24,526 nucleotides of DNA from a virus. Its lineage: Duplodnaviria; Caudoviricetes. This document shows, in pieces, positions 14,672 through 22,793 of this stretch. Made by a program: the position numbers and the translations under genes. The stretch is from positions 1-24,526 of the IMG/VR virus record IMGVR_UViG_3300020043_005073. One strand, written 5' to 3'. The notes under the pieces are model-generated. The model saw only the letters and a program-made list of their open reading frames with translations. It ran no database searches and had not been told where the DNA came from. Each line of letters starts with the position of its first letter. Positions within the stretch are counted from its first letter, which is position 1.

Positions 14672-15256
14672 ATGCGAAATATACTACACCCCCTTAGCGG
14701 CTACAAGTATTGTCGACGGATACTAAAAAGATATTTTTGGTTAGGACTAATACTCACACTATTTTTTGTTACCGTCGCGATGACATTCGACCGAGCATTC
14801 GGAAACACTCCACCCGCGAAACCCAAAACTTCGCTCTACGATAACTACCTGAAAACCAAACCAGCGGCTACAACAACAACGACTACGGTACCGCATGTGG
14901 AACGGAGGATTCAGACGGCACCGCAAGTCGTCCCCTCAACAATACCAGCACCCCAAGGCGCTTGGATTCCCCAATGCAAAACTTGGATGACACAAGCAGG
15001 AATCCCTACCGAACATTTCAGCGATGCGTTATATATCATCGGGAGAGAAAGCAGCTGCAACCCGACAGCTCGAAACCCTAGATCATCAGCAGGGGGAATA
15101 GCGCAAGCATTACCCTGGACAAAAATGGGTTGCCCTCTAGAACATTCAGACGCCGCCGCTATATGCCAACTTAAATGGATGCACTCTTATGTCATCGCCC
15201 GATATTCTTCTTGGGGAAATGCGGTCATCCACTCAAAATCTAGAGGCTGGTATTAA
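14672..15256 (+). CDS. Exported SLT-family lytic transglycosylase (C-terminal GWY type)
   Basis: Hydrophobic YFWLGLILTLFFVTVA, Thr/Pro linker, IIGRESSCNPTARNP..SAGGIAQALP..KM, QLKWM.SYV..RY..W..A.......GWY. Confidence 0.85.
   Translation: MRNILHPLSGYKYCRRILKRYFWLGLILTLFFVTVAMTFDRAFGNTPPAKPKTSLYDNYLKTKPAATTTTTTVPHVERRIQTAPQVVPSTIPAPQGAWIPQCKTWMTQAGIPTEHFSDALYIIGRESSCNPTARNPRSSAGGIAQALPWTKMGCPLEHSDAAAICQLKWMHSYVIARYSSWGNAVIHSKSRGWY
14678..14706 (-). promoter_or_regulatory. Possible leftward promoter TTGTAG-N17-TATATT
   Basis: -35 at 14701-14706, -10 at 14678-14683; shares the AATACTT lead-in with promoter copies A and B. Confidence 0.4.
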
Positions 15257-15331
15257 GCTAGACGCAATGGCATACAAAAATAAAACAACCCAAAGAACAC
15301 CCACAACAACCCATATGCCTAAAATTCTTGC

Positions 15332-15474
15332 AGAGGATAACGGGTGTTTTGACAGGGGCTTTGCGGTAACACAAAACACCCGCCTCTATTTGCTAACCTA
15401 AACAAAGGCCCTTGTCGTCCTTTTTAGCGTTCTCTTTTCAGGACGACAAGGTGCCCCCTCGAAAGGTAGAACGC
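15332..15474 (+). ncRNA. Candidate structured intergenic RNA (two long hairpins with loop-downstream pairings)
   Basis: Inverted repeats 15341-15351/15372-15382 (11 bp) and 15410-15421/15440-15451 (12 bp); functional strand uncertain. Confidence 0.5.
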
Positions 15475-15487
15475 ATGAAAACCCTAA

Positions 15488-15853
15488 ATGTTAAAAGATA
15501 AAGCCGACGAACTATTTAGAAACGCAATAAAAACAAATAAAAAATGCTTGAACTGTGGGACAACACGAAATCCCACATGTGCGCACATAATCCCAAGAGG
15601 CTTCAATTTAACCAGATGTGACACGCGAAACGCGATAACGTTATGCGTAGACTGCCATACCCACTTTACGGACGAGCCTAACTTGTGGCAAGAATTTATA
15701 GACCAACAAGGCATGAGGCCTCTATACGAACTACTATGGAGAAAAGCCCAACCCGTAAATATCAAAGTTGACTGGGGAGAAAGATGCGAATTTTTACAGC
15801 CAATAATCGACGGGACGCTATCATTAGCCGATGCAAGAAAGCTAGAAAAATGA
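15488..15853 (+). CDS. NinG/Rap-like HNH-fold nuclease
   Basis: LKDKADELF...CLNCG...CAHIIPRG...TRCD..NAITLC..CH pattern. Confidence 0.8.
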   Translation: MLKDKADELFRNAIKTNKKCLNCGTTRNPTCAHIIPRGFNLTRCDTRNAITLCVDCHTHFTDEPNLWQEFIDQQGMRPLYELLWRKAQPVNIKVDWGERCEFLQPIIDGTLSLADARKLEK

Positions 15854-15975
15854 TGTCTCTGATATGGCCCCGTAAGTTCTCTATCTTAGAGACCCAATAT
15901 CTGATAGTTAACGGCTGGAATGTAGAAGGCGACCGTAAGCACGCCACAAAAAACAATAGAAGGCTTACACCGGAA

Positions 15976-16203
15976 TTATTTAATAGCGAGGATACTATTC
16001 TGGATAACAGACAATGCCGCAGCGGTAGCACTTGCAAGCACCGAAACTAAAGCAACTTTCTGATCTTCCAAACTCGTAGCCGTTATAACAATACCCGCCG
16101 AAGCTATCAACGTCTGAACAAAAGTCTTTACAGCACGAACACCAATATCTTTAGCGTTCAGCTTTAATTTATCTCGTTTAGATATAACCTTTTTCTTTAC
16201 CAT
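15976..16203 (-). CDS. Holin (r1t-like)
   Basis: RAVKTFVQTLIA motif, two TM segments, last gene of the lysis unit. Confidence 0.8.
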   Translation of the reverse strand: MVKKKVISKRDKLKLNAKDIGVRAVKTFVQTLIASAGIVITATSLEDQKVALVSVLASATAAALSVIQNSILAIK

Positions 16204-16541
16204 TATTTCTCCCTAGCTATATGCCTTCTATCTACCGACTCTCTAATCTTTCGTACATCATCTTTCACAGCTTCAACCATACCCCGTAACTCGTCCTGGC
16301 CTTTATGGACAGTCTTAAACTGTTCCGCAGTTTCCTTCTTATAGACCGTCAACACCGCCTGAGTATATTCGAGAGTACCATTAACCGAATCGACACGATC
16401 AGATAACGTCGGGGTGCCTTCCTCTACATGATTTACAGCCCTATTAACTTGAGAAGTTTCACGCTTTATAGAATACAAACCCAACATATTCAACAGGAAA
16501 AGGATGCCAGTAACGACATTTACAGGGTCTATACCTTTCAT
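16203..16541 (-). CDS. Lysis-cassette membrane protein (N-terminal TM plus coiled coil)
   Basis: VVTGILFLLNMLGLY TM, QVNRAVNH...TLSDRVD; lies between endolysin and holin. Confidence 0.7.
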   Translation of the reverse strand: MKGIDPVNVVTGILFLLNMLGLYSIKRETSQVNRAVNHVEEGTPTLSDRVDSVNGTLEYTQAVLTVYKKETAEQFKTVHKGQDELRGMVEAVKDDVRKIRESVDRRHIAREK

Positions 16542-17182
16542 TAGCCGAACAACTTCTTATGAGTCGCAGGACCAACAACACCATCTTGTGCGAGGCGTTT
16601 AGATTTCTGGAAAGCCTTAACGACCGCAACAGTTTTGTTACCAAAATCACCATCGACAGAGATACCATATTTTAAAGCCCTAAGGCGAGCCTGTAACCTA
16701 ACAACGTTCGGCCCTTTAGAACCCTTCTTCAAAACGCCAGGATAACCCGTAGAGGCAGGAGCGACAACATAACTAGCGCCAGGGATAAGACCCCCATGGG
16801 TCCAACCTCGGTTAGCGGCAGAGAAACTCCCTACCCCATATTTTGTGGAGCGAGCCTCAATAGTTTTTCCGTTACCCAAACTAATAGCCACATGATTACC
16901 TCTACCATTACCCGAACTAGAACTTTTAGCGACAAACAATAAAGCGCCAGGAGTACGGATAGCCTGAGCGACAGAAATTATTGTTCCACGCCCTTTACAG
17001 TAAGCATATTGGTTCCAAGCGCCATCAGGTAATACCATACCGTTACGTCGAGCCGACCATTCCGTCAACTCTGAACAGTCAAAAGCTCTAGGGTTACGAT
17101 CTGTTACCGACGCCTCAGCACCCAAACGGTAAGGTTTCCCCGACTGACGTAAAGCCTCGGCAACCATTTTCTGTATAGACAT
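16541..17182 (-). CDS. Endolysin: NlpC/P60 peptidase plus PG_binding_1 domain
   Basis: GKPY..G...FDCSEL (Cys), NHVAI (His), TIEA; C-terminal LKKGSKG..V..LQ..L...DGDFG..T...VKAFQ....L..DGVVGPAT. Confidence 0.92.
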   Translation of the reverse strand: MSIQKMVAEALRQSGKPYRLGAEASVTDRNPRAFDCSELTEWSARRNGMVLPDGAWNQYAYCKGRGTIISVAQAIRTPGALLFVAKSSSSGNGRGNHVAISLGNGKTIEARSTKYGVGSFSAANRGWTHGGLIPGASYVVAPASTGYPGVLKKGSKGPNVVRLQARLRALKYGISVDGDFGNKTVAVVKAFQKSKRLAQDGVVGPATHKKLFG

Positions 17183-17202
17183 TTTATCCCCCTACTATTT
17201 TT

Positions 17203-17775
17203 CTAGTATCTTCCAACAATGAAACCAGACAAAGTACCTTGAGCGTTACCAGTACCAGTCGTGCGAGCCGCATACAATTCGACGTAATCGCCAGACGCGA
17301 CCTTCACAGTACCCGAAACAGGCAGCGCAACAGAGTTACCCCCACCATTATTTAAGTTGACAGAAACATTCTCGGTAAATGCCGCCCCATTCTTATAAAG
17401 AAAAGTCTGACAGTTATTCGCGTCGCCAGGGGTAGTGAACCTGACGATGCCATCAAAATGGTATATTCCATTCACGGGAGCGGTAAAACGATAATTAGTT
17501 GTAGCATCAAAATCTGCGCCCTGATCGTAAGCCTCAGTAGCGAGCTGTATCTTCCCTGGGGTAGATGAAGCAGTAATGTTCGCCGAAGAATAAGCGCTAA
17601 ACGCTATCGTACTATTCAACTTCTCCGAAGTAACACTATTGTCAGAAACAACAGTCGAGGTCAGGTTAGCTACCGTCGCACGTTTCGTCGTGCCAGTAGA
17701 CACATCATAGATGGGGATATTATCGCCAGTAGCTACCGAAGTTTCCTCTGTCAGCTGCGAGATTCTTTTTGCCAT
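17203..17775 (-). CDS. Receptor-binding or tail-tip protein with C1q/TNF-like domain
   Basis: AFSAY...FD...YRFTAPVNGIYHF...LYKNG...GDYVELY...LSGF C1q pattern; last tail gene. Confidence 0.8.
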   Translation of the reverse strand: MAKRISQLTEETSVATGDNIPIYDVSTGTTKRATVANLTSTVVSDNSVTSEKLNSTIAFSAYSSANITASSTPGKIQLATEAYDQGADFDATTNYRFTAPVNGIYHFDGIVRFTTPGDANNCQTFLYKNGAAFTENVSVNLNNGGGNSVALPVSGTVKVASGDYVELYAARTTGTGNAQGTLSGFIVGRY

Positions 17776-17789
17776 ACCCCTATTGTATC

Positions 17790-19079
17790 CTATACAGGCG
17801 CGTCGGGATTATTTAGCTGTTCTAGAACATCCAAGTTACGTTTTATATCCTCGATACGTTTAGTCGTCGCAGGTAACAACCTATCCAGATCGACCTCAAC
17901 AGTATCGATATTATATGTTAACCCGACAACCTGTAACTCTAAATCGTCGATCATGTCACCATAATTGATAAACCCTGCCATCTCACCCAAAGCTATCTCT
18001 TCAATAGGGTAAGGGTGGTTCCCATTCACCGAAACACTCCCAACATATACAGGATTCTTATATCGGTCTATCTCGCTATCAGCCATGAGTTCCGCCGTAG
18101 TCTGATCTGTAACACGACCATCCGAGATTTTAGATATACCCCGACGGTAAGCAGCCTGAGAAGGAGCATCAACCCGTTTGACAAGTAACGCAGGTTCGCC
18201 ACCGCCAGTAAAATACACTTCATTTACTAGCCCTGACATCGACCGTCGAAGTTTAGTTTTTGTTGCGTCAAGCTGTTTCGTAAAATAACGGGCAGGGGCA
18301 ACAGGGCGAGCCTTCAAAGAATACAGGTCACTCCCAGGGTCATAAGACCAATACCAATCCGAAGGACATAACTCCAAAACCTTATTTAGACATTCAGCTA
18401 CCGTATTCAAATTAAAAGTATAAGAAACCGTCGTACCAGTATCCTCTATCGATGTCGCCGTATAGTTGATATGCGCCCCTTGAGTTTGGGCGTAATCTAT
18501 AACCCAACGGACAATATCGGAAGGGTCCCAGCTATTAAACGTAACTTTAGTGTCGGTCCCATCCATCAAAATAATATGGTTTAATTCCAGACCATTATTC
18601 AACAACGTAACAGTGACAGTATCGTTATCGCCGAAATCTAAATCCCAATCCGAAATATAGCCTTTAAATATAGGGTATCCTTCAGGCGCTCCATCCTCAA
18701 CCAACAAGTCAACATCCGATTCGGTAGTTATAACCTCATCATCCTCGGTCAATAGTTCGACGAAAGACCCATAGTAGGTATTAACTTCGACATACTGGTT
18801 TAAATCCAGGTCAGTACCAGACCCGATACCAGTCGCGCCAACAATATCAGCCAACAGAATCTCGTCATCCTCGGTAGTTAACACCTCGTCAGCTTCGGTC
18901 GTTAACACGTCCGTCGTAACAATCTGGGTTAACTCATTCCTAGCCAGAGTAGCGGTAAGGGATGACATCGCATTATTTATTTCGCGCCGCAAAGTCAACT
19001 CGGTACCTACATCAGTCCATTCGCCAACAAAGTTATCGGACGAATCCGATATAAGATAACGGACCGTTTTTTGTGCCAC
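17790..19079 (-). CDS. Tail tip / baseplate hub-like minor tail protein
   Basis: 429 aa, follows the Dit-like gene; IFKGYI, LVNEVYFTGG; acidic LTTE repeats. Confidence 0.65.
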   Translation of the reverse strand: MAQKTVRYLISDSSDNFVGEWTDVGTELTLRREINNAMSSLTATLARNELTQIVTTDVLTTEADEVLTTEDDEILLADIVGATGIGSGTDLDLNQYVEVNTYYGSFVELLTEDDEVITTESDVDLLVEDGAPEGYPIFKGYISDWDLDFGDNDTVTVTLLNNGLELNHIILMDGTDTKVTFNSWDPSDIVRWVIDYAQTQGAHINYTATSIEDTGTTVSYTFNLNTVAECLNKVLELCPSDWYWSYDPGSDLYSLKARPVAPARYFTKQLDATKTKLRRSMSGLVNEVYFTGGGEPALLVKRVDAPSQAAYRRGISKISDGRVTDQTTAELMADSEIDRYKNPVYVGSVSVNGNHPYPIEEIALGEMAGFINYGDMIDDLELQVVGLTYNIDTVEVDLDRLLPATTKRIEDIKRNLDVLEQLNNPDAPV

Positions 19080-19858
19080 TACAAGAACCTACGCTCGTTA
19101 GCTGACGAGATAGTTATATCGCGGCTAGTAGACGCATCATCAGAATACTCAACGACTCCCGCGCCAGGCTCCCATACAGGGAATAAACCTCTAGCTTTGA
19201 TGAGTGAACCATTCAAAAATGCTTGTTTCTGCTTACAGTCAATAACTAGAACGTCGGCATCATGGAAAGTTTCCGTAACGGTAATGAACTGGTTAGTGGA
19301 ACTATTCCCGATAGAGATTTGTACATCCGAATTATCGGGTGTGATCTCTGTTATCTCTAAAGTGAAAACCATTTCTGCGTCCATCGTTGAGCCGATAGAA
19401 ACATTGAAAGTGTCGTCAGCGGTCGTAATGTTTTCGTTAAAAATATGGTAATCCAAACCCTCTTCACGCCAGAAAGGCGACTCGGATTCGAACTGGATAG
19501 TGTACGGAGCGAAACTGATATGTTCACGGCCTCTAGGAACCGAAACTTTAGTGGCAATACAATCCAACAGGCGGTAGCTCGAACCATACTGGACCCTCAA
19601 AGTGCCTGCGGAACGCAAAGTAGATTTCAACGTATCTATAGCGGCATCTAAAAGGAGTTCAGATTCACACGAGATATGCCCAGAAACAGTAACAACAAGA
19701 GAGTTATATTCTTCATATACGAGAATGCCGCCATTCTGTCGGGCAATAGGTACAAGCCTTAACGTTTTATCGGCGGAACCATCAGGGTCATAATCGTTAA
19801 CAAAAAAAGGGTTCCCGTCATTCAACGCGAGAGATTCAAAAAATACGTTCCTTGCCAT
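19079..19858 (-). CDS. Distal tail (Dit-like) protein
   Basis: Directly after the tape measure gene; 259 aa; IQFESESPFW, VIDC....AFLNG, FPVWEPG. Confidence 0.75.
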   Translation of the reverse strand: MARNVFFESLALNDGNPFFVNDYDPDGSADKTLRLVPIARQNGGILVYEEYNSLVVTVSGHISCESELLLDAAIDTLKSTLRSAGTLRVQYGSSYRLLDCIATKVSVPRGREHISFAPYTIQFESESPFWREEGLDYHIFNENITTADDTFNVSIGSTMDAEMVFTLEITEITPDNSDVQISIGNSSTNQFITVTETFHDADVLVIDCKQKQAFLNGSLIKARGLFPVWEPGAGVVEYSDDASTSRDITISSANERRFL

Positions 19859-22206
19859 TAGCTTGCAACTCCCATAGCTGCCATCTCAGCTTGACGGTTT
19901 AATTCCTTAAAGAACTTTTCGACTGCGTTAGCGTCAGCAAGGAAAATGTTTCCTGTAAACGTATTAGTGACCATCGTACCGCCACCTCCGCCGCCTTTAC
20001 CATCAGCGAGGCTACGCATAATCTGTTTCGATTCACGGTTAGAAAACACGTCAGTACCGCCAGGAAGATTAACTATCTCTCCACCCCGACCTGCAATATC
20101 ACCCACGATAGCTGGGCCTCCACGAAAGTTCCTAGCGCCAGTATACAAAGTAGGCATGTTTGGCATATCAAACTTTTTGCCGCCAATCTTAGGAACCCAA
20201 GATGGGATAGTAAACGAGAGTTTCCCTAACGTTTTATTCCACCCATTAGCAATCCAGTTGAAAGCGGTCTTAAAAGGTGCTTTGATAGCGTTACCTACCG
20301 TCGAGAACGCCGACGCGATCTTTTCTTTAATGCCAGCAAACTTTTCTATCAGGCTAGTAATCCAACCTTTAACCTTGTCAAAACCAGCTTTAACATTTGT
20401 CCAAGCGCCTTTTATTATCTCAACAACTTTATCGAAAACCGCTTTGACTTTATCCCATATCTTCTGGAAAGCAGGCATAAGAGTATTAGTGATATAGCTA
20501 CTTATCGCCTCCCACAAAGGTTTAATAACGTTCTCCCAAGCCCACTTTATTACCGTAACTACAGCGTTCCACACTGTCTGGATTACTGACCAGATCATCT
20601 TAAAACCAGGGATAAGCAGGTTAGTGACAGACCAAGAGATCGCATTCCAAACATTCTTGATAACATTCTCCCAAGCCCATTTAATTACCGTAACAATGCC
20701 ATTCCATACAACCTTAATTACATTCCAAATCGCCTGGAATACAGCCGCTATCTGAGTTTTATATTTAATGAAACCCATAACAATCAAAGCAAGCGGCCCT
20801 AAGACTATCCCCAGTAGTAACTTCCAATTGTTTTTAATCCAATCTATAACGCCAGAGATAGCCCCCTTAATAGCATTAAATACGGTCATGAATACCGCTG
20901 CGATCGACCTCCACGCTTTGTCTATAAAGTTCCTGACCGCTTCATTCTTTTTATATAGCAAAACCATTACCGCGATAAGCCCTACTATCGCAGCTACAAT
21001 CAAAAATACAGGGTTAATAGCCAAGATAGCATTCCAAGCCGCCTGTACAGCTATCCCTATTTTTGTTACAACAGTTTTAGCCTTTTCTGCGATAGTTAAC
21101 GCAACAGTTTTCGCAGTAGCAGCAGCCTTCAAAATATTTTCTTTAGCTAGATATTTACCATACCTAAAAAGAAACTTAGCATTAGCAGAAACAATCTTCC
21201 CATACTTTGATGCGGCACCAGCGAGCTTAGTTGTAACACTAAAAGCTGTTTTACCAGCCGACGCTACACCCTTAACTCCTGTCACGAGAGAACCCATAAT
21301 GCGGACCACAGGGCCAATAGCAGCGACAACAAGAGCAGCCTTAACAATCAGGTCTTGTTGGCCGCTAGATAGCTTAGAAAACCAGTCGAGAACCTTAGTT
21401 CCGACCCCTAAGAGTTTCGCGTACACAGGCGCGAGTTTCCCTCCAAGTTCCGCCGAAAGCTGCTTAGCTTTCTCGGTAGCGGTACGTTGCTTATTAGCGA
21501 GACTATCCGAAGTATTAGCGAAATCCCCTTGAGCATTTTTAGTTTTTTCCATCACAAAGTTATAACGCAACTGGACTTTCTCTGCCTGGCCCATATCGCT
21601 AATCTTCTTTTTGATACCTTTACTAGCCGCAAACTCTGCAAGGTTCGTTTCGGTCATAACAACACCGAGGCCTTTAAGGGCTTCCGTCTCGCCTGTATAT
21701 ACCCCAGCTAAAGCCGTTTTGGCTCTATCCATAGAAATATTCTTAAACGAAGAAAGATCAGCCCCAAGCTGAGTTAGACCCATAGACATTTTCGCGGCTT
21801 GTTTCTGGTTTTGTCCCATACCAGTACCCATATCGCCAAACAACGCCGCAGAATCCAAAGCCGACTGTTGAGCTAAACCCATTTTAGCGATGGAATCCTC
21901 AGACCATTTCTTTACTGCATTAGAGGAGCTACCAAAAGAAACATCGACTTTGTTCAGGGTTTCTTGTAGATCAGAAAACGCTTTAATAGAAACCCCCGCG
22001 CCAGCGAGAATAGGTAAAGTCATATATTTAGACATATTTGACCCGACAGTTTTCATTTTAGCGCTAGCGGCATCCATCTTCGCCATAGCTCCACCGAACT
22101 TCTTTTCGGTATCATCTATCTGTTTCTGGGCCTCACGAAAAGCAGCTTGGGCTTTGTTTTGTGCCTCAATAATAATTTTGAGTTTCTCTTCATTACCCAT
22201 AGCCAT
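19858..22206 (-). CDS. Tail tape measure protein
   Basis: 782 aa, A/G/K-rich, TM segments, roughly 11-residue W/F periodicity; follows the chaperone. Confidence 0.95.
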   Translation of the reverse strand: MAMGNEEKLKIIIEAQNKAQAAFREAQKQIDDTEKKFGGAMAKMDAASAKMKTVGSNMSKYMTLPILAGAGVSIKAFSDLQETLNKVDVSFGSSSNAVKKWSEDSIAKMGLAQQSALDSAALFGDMGTGMGQNQKQAAKMSMGLTQLGADLSSFKNISMDRAKTALAGVYTGETEALKGLGVVMTETNLAEFAASKGIKKKISDMGQAEKVQLRYNFVMEKTKNAQGDFANTSDSLANKQRTATEKAKQLSAELGGKLAPVYAKLLGVGTKVLDWFSKLSSGQQDLIVKAALVVAAIGPVVRIMGSLVTGVKGVASAGKTAFSVTTKLAGAASKYGKIVSANAKFLFRYGKYLAKENILKAAATAKTVALTIAEKAKTVVTKIGIAVQAAWNAILAINPVFLIVAAIVGLIAVMVLLYKKNEAVRNFIDKAWRSIAAVFMTVFNAIKGAISGVIDWIKNNWKLLLGIVLGPLALIVMGFIKYKTQIAAVFQAIWNVIKVVWNGIVTVIKWAWENVIKNVWNAISWSVTNLLIPGFKMIWSVIQTVWNAVVTVIKWAWENVIKPLWEAISSYITNTLMPAFQKIWDKVKAVFDKVVEIIKGAWTNVKAGFDKVKGWITSLIEKFAGIKEKIASAFSTVGNAIKAPFKTAFNWIANGWNKTLGKLSFTIPSWVPKIGGKKFDMPNMPTLYTGARNFRGGPAIVGDIAGRGGEIVNLPGGTDVFSNRESKQIMRSLADGKGGGGGGTMVTNTFTGNIFLADANAVEKFFKELNRQAEMAAMGVAS

Positions 22207-22231
22207 AACACAATCTTACCACGAGAAAAAG

Positions 22232-22779
22232 TCAAGATTTTTTAGACGTCTTGTCATATTCTGCTTCGACTTCGATTTTCATTTTATAGAGTTCAACAAA
22301 CCATTCAGGTTGATCTAAATATCCGCCGTCAACATAAGTACAACGCATCGCCTCGCAAAGTTGGACTATAGAGAACCTACGGTCGGAGACGTGGCCTCGT
22401 CCTCCTTCAAGGACTCTCCAATATTCTCGCTTGAAGGCAACTCTTTTTTTTCGTCGAGATCACCATCAACAATCTTTCGTACCTGCTCCGCCACAAAAGT
22501 ATAATCTTGGACGCGCATCTCCAAAACACGATTCAAAACATCAATCTCGTTACCGTCGATACTGACGACAACACATTCGATAGAAACATTTTCTTGGTTC
22601 GCCAGTAGATCTTCGCTAAGTTTTGGTTGCAAACTCGTACCATCACCAACGGTTTGGACACCACGAAACATAGACCCATCGATCTTTTGTTTCTCGCGTC
22701 CGTTAATCCACGACCTCAAAACGACCTTATGGCCTTTAAGTGGCGTAGTTATCTCTAAGGTTTCCCTATCCTCCGTCAT
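22232..22779 (-). CDS. Tail assembly chaperone G-T form via -1 frameshift at 22444-22451
   Basis: A8 run (GAA AAA AAA GAG); the -1 frame is open to TGA at 22232: KKRVAFKREYWRV...LCEAMRCTYVDGGYLDQPEWFVELYKMKIEVEAEYDKTSKKS. Confidence 0.8.
22366..22779 (-). CDS. Tail assembly chaperone (G form)
   Basis: 137 aa between the major tail and tape measure genes; GGAAGG SD. Confidence 0.85.
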   Translation of the reverse strand: MTEDRETLEITTPLKGHKVVLRSWINGREKQKIDGSMFRGVQTVGDGTSLQPKLSEDLLANQENVSIECVVVSIDGNEIDVLNRVLEMRVQDYTFVAEQVRKIVDGDLDEKKELPSSENIGESLKEDEATSPTVGSL

Positions 22780-22793
22780 AGCTTTCCTTCCGT

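Noticed and set aside
14437-15487. tRNA genes in the two intergenic regions
   Set aside because: No cloverleaf with a T-loop GTTCRA and acceptor stem found by eye.
17203-17775. Diversity-generating retroelement targeting the tail-tip protein
   Set aside because: No reverse transcriptase and no template/variable repeat pair noticed.
19071-22318. Long plus-strand ORFs (up to 254 aa) opposite the Dit-like and tape measure genes
   Set aside because: Typical antisense frames of biased-composition genes; no ribosome sites or domains.
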